DNA of 31,292 bases from a virus. Its lineage: Duplodnaviria > Caudoviricetes. Position numbers and translations under genes: made by a program. The stretch spans positions 1 through 31,292 of IMG/VR virus record IMGVR_UViG_3300010234_000046. One strand, 5' to 3'. Under the pieces are notes generated by a model. The model was not told the origin of the DNA. It saw only the letters and a program-made list of their open reading frames with translations, and did not search any database. Positions 25,903-31,292 of the stretch are shown one piece after another. Each line of letters begins with the position of its first letter. Within the stretch, counting starts at the first letter, position 1.

Positions 25903-27623
25903 TTAAATTTGGTATGTTGCGATTCAAAAACATCAATTCTGTTGGTGATAATTGGATCGAAATTGATATGTCGGCGACGAGTCGTACATTAATCATTGGG
26001 CACAATGGAGCAGGTAAATCAACAATGCTGGATGCACTATCCTACGTCCTGTTTGGAAAGCCGCACCGTGAAGTCAAACTGGGTCAATTGGTCAACACGA
26101 TTAATAATAAAGGGCTGTTGGTCGAGATCGAATTTACTATCGGCCCAAACGAATATAAGATCGTGCGCGGGATGAAGCCTAACAAGTTTGAAATCTGGAA
26201 AAACGGTGAAATGTTCGACAAGGAATCGCATAGCCGTCTACAGCAAAATCGTCTGGAAAAAGACATTCTGATGATGAATCATAAGTCGTTCCATCAGGTG
26301 GTTGTTCTGGGATCAACGAATTTCATTCCATTCATGAAGCTGAAAACCTTGTCACGTCGTGAGGTCATTGAAGACCTGTTGGACATCAACATTTTCAGTA
26401 AAATGAATATCGTGATGAAGGCCAAGCAGAAGCATATCAAGTCACGCCTGTCCGAAGCTGTACATAACATTTCACTCAAACAAGTGGAGATCGATGCCAA
26501 GCGACAGTTGATTGATGAATTAACCTCATCACACGACGACGAGGTCGCCCTTAAAAACGCTTCTATTGATGAGTTGGCCACTACCATGTCAGAGATTGAA
26601 ACGGCGCTTAAAACGGCTCCTATGGACAAATATAAGGAGATGAATGAGCAGATACAATCTAAACTATCTGAAATTGAAGATGAGGTGTCAGATATCACGC
26701 GTGAAAAGTATCAGGTATCACATAAGGTGAAGGATGATAAAAAGGCGGTCGAATTTTTCAATAACCATGACGATTGCCCCACGTGCAATCAACTCATCGA
26801 CCCTGCCATGAAGAAAGACAAATTATCTCAAGCCATGCAGTCGATTGAGACATGCGCCGAAGTGTTGGAGGCATCGGACTCTAAGATTAATGAATTGAAT
26901 ACGAAAAAGCGGGCAGTCAAAGAGGCTGAAGACAAGCTCAAAGAACGGGTCCAAGGCTTGAATAACGAAAAGGCCCGCATGGAAAACATGCAGTGGAAGA
27001 TTGATAATTTCAAAAAAGAGATTGGTCGATTGATGGTCAAATCTGGTAATCTGGATGCTGAGCGTGATGAATTGGATACGTTGAATATCCAATTAACCTC
27101 GATGCAGCAAACCAATATGGCGATGAAGGATAGCGAGGCCTATAATAATGCGGTTCTGGAAATGTTAAAGGATAGCGGCATCAAGTCCAGAATCATCAAA
27201 CAGTATGTTCCAGTGATCAACAAGGTTGTGAACGAGTATCTCGAAATTCTGGATTTCTTCGTGCTGTTCAATCTTGATGAAGAATTCAACGAAACCATCA
27301 AGTCGCGGCATCGCGACACGTTCTCATATTCATCATTTTCTGAGGGTGAAAAACAACGTATCGATTTGGCACTTCTCTTCACCTGGCGCGAGATCGCACG
27401 CATGAAGAATTCCATTTCAACCAATCTGCTGATCATGGATGAGACCTTTGACAAATCATTGGATGACGATGGGATCGATAACCTATTCAGAATTCTCTAC
27501 TCTTTGGATAAATCTAGTAACGTTTTCGTGATTTCTCATAAAGGGGAGATGTTGGAGGGCAAATTCGAACGCACCTTCAAATACTCAAAACCTAAGAATT
27601 TTACCGAAATGGCAATTGTTTAG
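25899..27623 (+). CDS. 46: recombination ATPase, Rad50-like (T4 gp46)
   Basis: GHNGAGKST, CPTC zinc hook, coiled coil, FSEGEK, LIMDE, ISH. Confidence 0.96.
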   Translation: MIKFGMLRFKNINSVGDNWIEIDMSATSRTLIIGHNGAGKSTMLDALSYVLFGKPHREVKLGQLVNTINNKGLLVEIEFTIGPNEYKIVRGMKPNKFEIWKNGEMFDKESHSRLQQNRLEKDILMMNHKSFHQVVVLGSTNFIPFMKLKTLSRREVIEDLLDINIFSKMNIVMKAKQKHIKSRLSEAVHNISLKQVEIDAKRQLIDELTSSHDDEVALKNASIDELATTMSEIETALKTAPMDKYKEMNEQIQSKLSEIEDEVSDITREKYQVSHKVKDDKKAVEFFNNHDDCPTCNQLIDPAMKKDKLSQAMQSIETCAEVLEASDSKINELNTKKRAVKEAEDKLKERVQGLNNEKARMENMQWKIDNFKKEIGRLMVKSGNLDAERDELDTLNIQLTSMQQTNMAMKDSEAYNNAVLEMLKDSGIKSRIIKQYVPVINKVVNEYLEILDFFVLFNLDEEFNETIKSRHRDTFSYSSFSEGEKQRIDLALLFTWREIARMKNSISTNLLIMDETFDKSLDDDGIDNLFRILYSLDKSSNVFVISHKGEMLEGKFERTFKYSKPKNFTEMAIV

Positions 27624-27624
27624 G

Positions 27625-27653
27625 TTGTAACGAGGCCACAGATGTGGTATAAT
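27625..27653 (+). promoter_or_regulatory. sigma70-type promoter
   Basis: TTGTAA-N17-TATAAT (TGTGGTATAAT). Confidence 0.8.
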
Positions 27654-27685
27654 ACACAAGTTAACAATTAAGGAGCTAATTAGCT

Positions 27686-27898
27686 ATGGACAAGAATGAG
27701 TTTTCTCAAACAGCTACGACAGTAGCACGTAACACCATTGCGGTGATCGACACTATGGGTCAACGTGGTGCAATCAAAGGTGAAGAACTGGAAACCTTCG
27801 GGGTTCTCCGGCGGCAGTGTAACAATCTGGTACACATGGCTGAGGAATTTGCCAATGAGTTGGCGGAGGCTGAAGAGGTCACGACCAAGAAAAAATAA
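27686..27898 (+). CDS. conserved hypothetical protein
   Basis: 70 aa, AAGGAG SD; VIDTMGQRGAIKGEEL motif. Confidence 0.8.
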   Translation: MDKNEFSQTATTVARNTIAVIDTMGQRGAIKGEELETFGVLRRQCNNLVHMAEEFANELAEAEEVTTKKK

Positions 27899-27979
27899 CG
27901 AGGAACTGAAGCCTCTAGACTAACCTCATGATGGGGTGACACGCAGGAGAGACTGCGCCCAAATTACGAAAGATTGATC

Positions 27980-28921
27980 ATGGATAATAATACATTATGG
28001 GTTGAGAAGTATCGGCCAGAGCGGGTTGCGGATTGTGTCCTACCTGATGACATTAAAAAGACATTTCAGGGCATTGTCGATTCAGGGGATATCCCTAATA
28101 TGATTCTGAGCGGAACAGCAGGAATTGGCAAGACTACAATCGCCAAAGCTATCTGTAAAGAGATGGGTCTGGATTTTATGATGATTAACGGATCGAAAGA
28201 CCGTAACATTGATACATTGAATGGTCGCATCCAGTCATTCGCCTCGACCGTATCTCTGAACGGTGGCGTGAAGGTAGTAATAATTGATGAGGCCGATTAC
28301 CTCAACCCGCAATCTACTCAACCAGCATTGCGTGCGTTCATCGAAGAGAATTCCTCCAATTGCAGGTTCATTTTCACTTGTAATCTGAAGTCTAAGATCA
28401 TGAAGCCATTGCATTCGCGGTGTACTACGTTCGATTTCAATTCGGTTAATCAGGATTTGTCTAAACTGAGTATGGAATTTTACAAGCGCATGGCTTGGAT
28501 TCTGGACAATGAGAACAAAACATTTGACAGTGCAGTGCTTGGTGCTTTGATTATCAAACATGCTCCAGATTGGCGGCAGGTAATTAATGATTGTCAACGC
28601 TATACTAAGGCTGGATCGCTTGATAAAAGCGTAGTATCCAGTACTGCGGGCGATGATGAATATGATAAGTTGTTTACTGCTATGAAGGTGAAGCAATTTA
28701 CTACGGTTCGCAAGTGGGTTGTGGCCAACCTAAATACAGACGTTAGTACAATATTCAGAGGCATTTATGACCGCATGGATGGTCGTTTAGCGCCACATTC
28801 AATACCGTCAGCAATTGCTATTCTGGCTGAGTACCAGTTCAGATCGGCATTTGTGGCGGATCACGAAATCAATTTGATGGCGTGCTTGGATGAAATTATG
28901 AGAGATGTGGAGTGGAAGTGA
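27980..28921 (+). CDS. 44: clamp loader AAA+ subunit (T4 gp44)
   Basis: LWVEKYRP, GTAGIGKTT, IIDEAD, SRC motif. Confidence 0.96.
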   Translation: MDNNTLWVEKYRPERVADCVLPDDIKKTFQGIVDSGDIPNMILSGTAGIGKTTIAKAICKEMGLDFMMINGSKDRNIDTLNGRIQSFASTVSLNGGVKVVIIDEADYLNPQSTQPALRAFIEENSSNCRFIFTCNLKSKIMKPLHSRCTTFDFNSVNQDLSKLSMEFYKRMAWILDNENKTFDSAVLGALIIKHAPDWRQVINDCQRYTKAGSLDKSVVSSTAGDDEYDKLFTAMKVKQFTTVRKWVVANLNTDVSTIFRGIYDRMDGRLAPHSIPSAIAILAEYQFRSAFVADHEINLMACLDEIMRDVEWK

Positions 28922-28965
28922 TGTGGATTACTAATCAAAAAGAGCTAGAGTGGGGAGACGATTAT

Positions 28966-29256
28966 ATGGGTCTGAAAATGTATACTAAAGAGGAATGTGT
29001 CTATTGTCATATGTTGGCCGAGAGACTGAAGGAATGGGGTGTCGAATATACGGCGGTTCCGTTTTCAGATACCGACCGCACATTCGCTAAATATCCGCAA
29101 TTGATGTTCGATGATAATGATGTGCTACTTGACGATACGGCAGGTCTAACGTTGGAACTTCTGACCAGTCGCATTGACGATTTGAGTTCAGTCGAAATTT
29201 GGGGAGAACACGTAGGCTGTGATTTCACATTAAGAAATCCGAATGGAGAGGTGTAA
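28966..29256 (+). CDS. glutaredoxin-like protein (start corrected to MGLKMY)
   Basis: YTKEECVYC CxxC, YPQL cis-Pro motif, GGGGAG SD. Confidence 0.8.
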   Translation: MGLKMYTKEECVYCHMLAERLKEWGVEYTAVPFSDTDRTFAKYPQLMFDDNDVLLDDTAGLTLELLTSRIDDLSSVEIWGEHVGCDFTLRNPNGEV

Positions 29257-29528
29257 TGTTTGAATATCTAGTATACCATTTACGAGAGGCTAAGCGGGCC
29301 GCAGGAAGCGACGAGCCTCTGACGGTGAAAGACTACTTCGTACACTGTGTGATCGCTCTACGTGAGGCTGTGAGCCTTTTATACAAGGTCTGGGCATCAG
29401 TGGTACATGCATTCTTCCCGTGGTTATATGGGTTTGAAATGATCGATTGGCAGATCGACGCATTGAAGCGTCTGAAAGCCGCGCTACCTTCCCTGCCTGT
29501 TTGGGATCGAATCGAATTTAAAGATTGA
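29256..29528 (+). CDS. DUF6356-like small protein
   Basis: HL...YFVH...A...VVHAFFPWLY pattern. Confidence 0.55.
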   Translation: MFEYLVYHLREAKRAAGSDEPLTVKDYFVHCVIALREAVSLLYKVWASVVHAFFPWLYGFEMIDWQIDALKRLKAALPSLPVWDRIEFKD

Positions 29529-29553
29529 CACGAGTAAATGATTCGTATATAAT
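29525..29553 (+). promoter_or_regulatory. perfect consensus sigma70 promoter
   Basis: TTGACA-N17-TATAAT. Confidence 0.9.
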
Positions 29554-29576
29554 ACACGTAAATTAAGGAGAAACTA

Positions 29577-29756
29577 ATGACTGAAAATAATAGTGGCGGG
29601 ATCGGGTTTGTTGGTCTGTTGACCATCCTTTTCGTTGGCCTCAAATTAACTGGATACATAGCGTGGTCATGGGTGTGGGTGCTTTCACCTCTCTGGATTT
29701 CGCTAGGTATCTTTATATTGGTTATCACATTAATGATTATAGCTAAGGAGAAATAA
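29577..29756 (+). CDS. 59-aa two-TM membrane protein (phage TMEM185/'Fragile-X-F'-like)
   Basis: Manual translation MTENNSGGIGFVGLLTILFVGLKLTGYIAWSWVWVLSPLWISLGIFILVITLMIIAKEK*; AAGGAG SD; missing from the ORF track. Confidence 0.88.
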   Translation: MTENNSGGIGFVGLLTILFVGLKLTGYIAWSWVWVLSPLWISLGIFILVITLMIIAKEK

Positions 29757-29758
29757 AA

Positions 29759-30106
29759 ATGGCTAAGAAATTTACCAATGTTGCTGCTCAGGGTGACTTC
29801 ATCATCTTCAGGGTTCCGGACATTCCGGCTGATGCGACGCTCCTCGATAAGCCAGGAACAGTCGCTCATTCAGAGACTGGACATGATCACGTGCTTGATC
29901 GTCCAAGCGTGGTTGATATGTACGTTCCAAAAGGTGAGACGCTGGACGATACGTTCACTCTTTGGTTGAACGTTAAGGACGACACTGAGATTAAACATCT
30001 CCGCAATCATGATACACATGAGCCTATTCATGTTGGATTTGGCACCTACAGAATCGCTCGACAACGCGAGTACGTATCGGAAGGTTTCCGTCGCGCTCAA
30101 GACTAA
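29759..30106 (+). CDS. His-motif 'QGD' protein, typical neighbour of DUF6745 genes
   Basis: QGD, HSETGHDH, H...HEPI, G.Y.I.RQREY. Confidence 0.75.
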   Translation: MAKKFTNVAAQGDFIIFRVPDIPADATLLDKPGTVAHSETGHDHVLDRPSVVDMYVPKGETLDDTFTLWLNVKDDTEIKHLRNHDTHEPIHVGFGTYRIARQREYVSEGFRRAQD

Positions 30107-30120
30107 CAAATAATTTTATT

Positions 30121-31005
30121 ATGGAGAATGAAATGGCCGAAAAAATTACAGAACTCACACCATCACAAACGGCACTAATGCCCGAATACGTGAAAAAGTG
30201 GACAGACATTGGTTTGTCCACCGGTCCCGTCGATAAAGAAAATGCCGTAGCCGCTATCAAAAAGGCGTATCGGGTGGCTGGATTGGACGAGCCTACTCAA
30301 TTCTATTATACCAAGAGTCCCTTGGATGCAATCAAATGCATCCAGAAATTAGACCCTTCGAAGTCTAAGTCGGACATTTACGGCGAAATGATTTATGGTA
30401 ATCAGGACGCATCATGGTTGTCATTTTACGACTACATGTTCGAAGAAGTGATCCATGAAAAGGATCATATCGCCAAAGGTCTGATGGACATTGCAGAATG
30501 TTCTGGATGGCTGAACGTATATGAAGACGTTGTGGTCTTTCAAGATCGTCCAGTTTTTATCAAAATGGATGAGAACAACTTGCTTCATTCTGAGACAGGC
30601 CCAGCTATTGAATATTCAGACGGCATGTCTGTTTATTCTTGGCACGGAACACGTATTCCCGGCGAATGGATCGATACCCCCGAAAAACTGAAACCTGCTG
30701 ATGCTCTGGCGTGGGCAAATGTCGAGCAGCGCCGATGTGCGTGTGAAATTATTGGTTGGGATACTATCCTAGAGTCTCTCAACTGTGAGGTGATCGATGA
30801 AGACGGTGATCCATCGATTGGAACGCTCGTTGAGGTCGATAGCGTATCAGGTGATGGGCGTGATCGGTTCTTGCGTGTAGTTTGTGGAACAGGTCGTAAG
30901 TTTGCCCTTCCAGTCCCACCAGAAATGACCACCGCACTTGAAGCTCAATGTTGGGGGTATGATGTCCCTGTGGATATCATCGAGGGCATTGAAGTCCGGA
31001 CATGA
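30121..31005 (+). CDS. DUF6745-like protein (start may be ATG 30133)
   Basis: ELTPSQ...KW...GLST, SP, GNQDASWLSFYDY, SGW, DRP, LHSETGPAIEYSDG...WHG, NVEQRR, C.TGRKFALPVPP. Confidence 0.8.
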   Translation: MENEMAEKITELTPSQTALMPEYVKKWTDIGLSTGPVDKENAVAAIKKAYRVAGLDEPTQFYYTKSPLDAIKCIQKLDPSKSKSDIYGEMIYGNQDASWLSFYDYMFEEVIHEKDHIAKGLMDIAECSGWLNVYEDVVVFQDRPVFIKMDENNLLHSETGPAIEYSDGMSVYSWHGTRIPGEWIDTPEKLKPADALAWANVEQRRCACEIIGWDTILESLNCEVIDEDGDPSIGTLVEVDSVSGDGRDRFLRVVCGTGRKFALPVPPEMTTALEAQCWGYDVPVDIIEGIEVRT

Positions 31006-31199
31006 ATAGTGTTAAGAAACAGGTCTGTAATCAGACCTGTAATCAGGTCAGGGATCAGGTCAGGAATCGGGTCTGGGATCAGGTGTATTTTCAGGTGCAT
31101 TTTCAGGTCAGGGATCAGGTCTATAATCAGGTTGAGGATCAGGTCAGGGTTCGGGTTAATACTCAGGTCTATAATCATGTGTATGATGGAATCAGTTAA
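31002..31199 (+). CDS. QVxx tetrapeptide-repeat protein 1
   Basis: MNSVKKQVCNQTCNQVRDQVRNRVWDQVYFQV...; ATGA overlap with the DUF6745 gene. Confidence 0.75.
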   Translation: MNSVKKQVCNQTCNQVRDQVRNRVWDQVYFQVHFQVRDQVYNQVEDQVRVRVNTQVYNHVYDGIS

Positions 31200-31292
31200 G
31201 AAACAGGTCTGGGATCAGGTCAGGGATCAGGTCTATAGTCAGGTCTGGAATCAGGTCTGGGATCAGGTCTATAATCAGGTCAGTATTCAGGT
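31020..31292 (+). repeat. degenerate 12-bp tandem repeat CAGGTC-NNN-RAT
   Basis: About 20 units visible, e.g. CAGGTCTGGGAT, CAGGTCAGGGAT, CAGGTCTATAAT. Confidence 0.92.
31183..31292 (+). CDS. QVxx tetrapeptide-repeat protein 2 (partial, runs off window)
   Basis: Manual translation MMESVKKQVWDQVRDQVYSQVWNQVWDQVYNQVSIQV; same SVKKQV start as copy 1, overlapping its 3' end. Confidence 0.75.
   Translation, partial: MMESVKKQVWDQVRDQVYSQVWNQVWDQVYNQVSIQ

Noticed and set aside
29333-29869. 178-aa minus-strand ORF and other antisense ORFs in the track (e.g. 28235-28696, 26294-26698, 20358-20762, 30945-31178)
   Set aside because: They are shadows of well-supported opposite-strand genes and promoters, with no motifs or RBS
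31020-31292. CRISPR array or DGR variable region
   Set aside because: Units are contiguous 12-mers with no unique spacers; variation is not evidently adenine-specific and no reverse transcriptase is in the window
1-31292. Stop-codon reassignment
   Set aside because: Core genes are full length in the standard code, and TAA, TAG and TGA all terminate genes
1-31292. tRNA/rRNA genes, integrase or transposase
   Set aside because: Intergenic gaps are short, and no cloverleaf, T-loop motif or recombinase motifs were seen by eye

Overview
The window is a ~31 kb segment of a large T4-like (Tevenvirinae/Kyanoviridae/phiM12-type) myophage genome in the standard genetic code; an alphaproteobacterial host is a tentative inference. 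The leftward arm (1-20816, minus strand) carries small early genes driven by two duplicated promoter/stem-loop cassettes, a dNMP-kinase-like gene, thyX, gp41 helicase, uvsX and a nucleotide-sugar cluster (epimerase, cytidylyltransferase, truncated UDP-glucose dehydrogenase). It continues with a T5 A1-like metallo-nuclease, a primase-polymerase-like gene, MazG, a DNA MTase, gp43, gp45, a split radical-SAM/SPASM pair, two sulfotransferases around regA-gp62, and a four-gene membrane cassette built around a MotA/ExbB-like channel. The rightward arm (20955-31292, plus strand) carries gp3, uvsY, uvsW, gp55, gp47, gp46, gp44 and a glutaredoxin. It ends in an operon with a consensus sigma70 promoter encoding a membrane micro-protein, a His-motif 'QGD' protein, a DUF6745-like protein lacking its usual internal repeat, and a tandem array of small QVxx-repeat ORFs running off the window. 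The best candidates for undescribed biology are (i) the phage-encoded ExbBD/MotAB-like motor cassette and (ii) the DUF6745 module with externalised repeat cassettes. Also notable are the split of clamp-loader genes onto opposite strands, a consensus antisense promoter upstream of gp55 and an RBS-sequestering hairpin upstream of regA. All family assignments are from motif recognition by eye; no searches were run.
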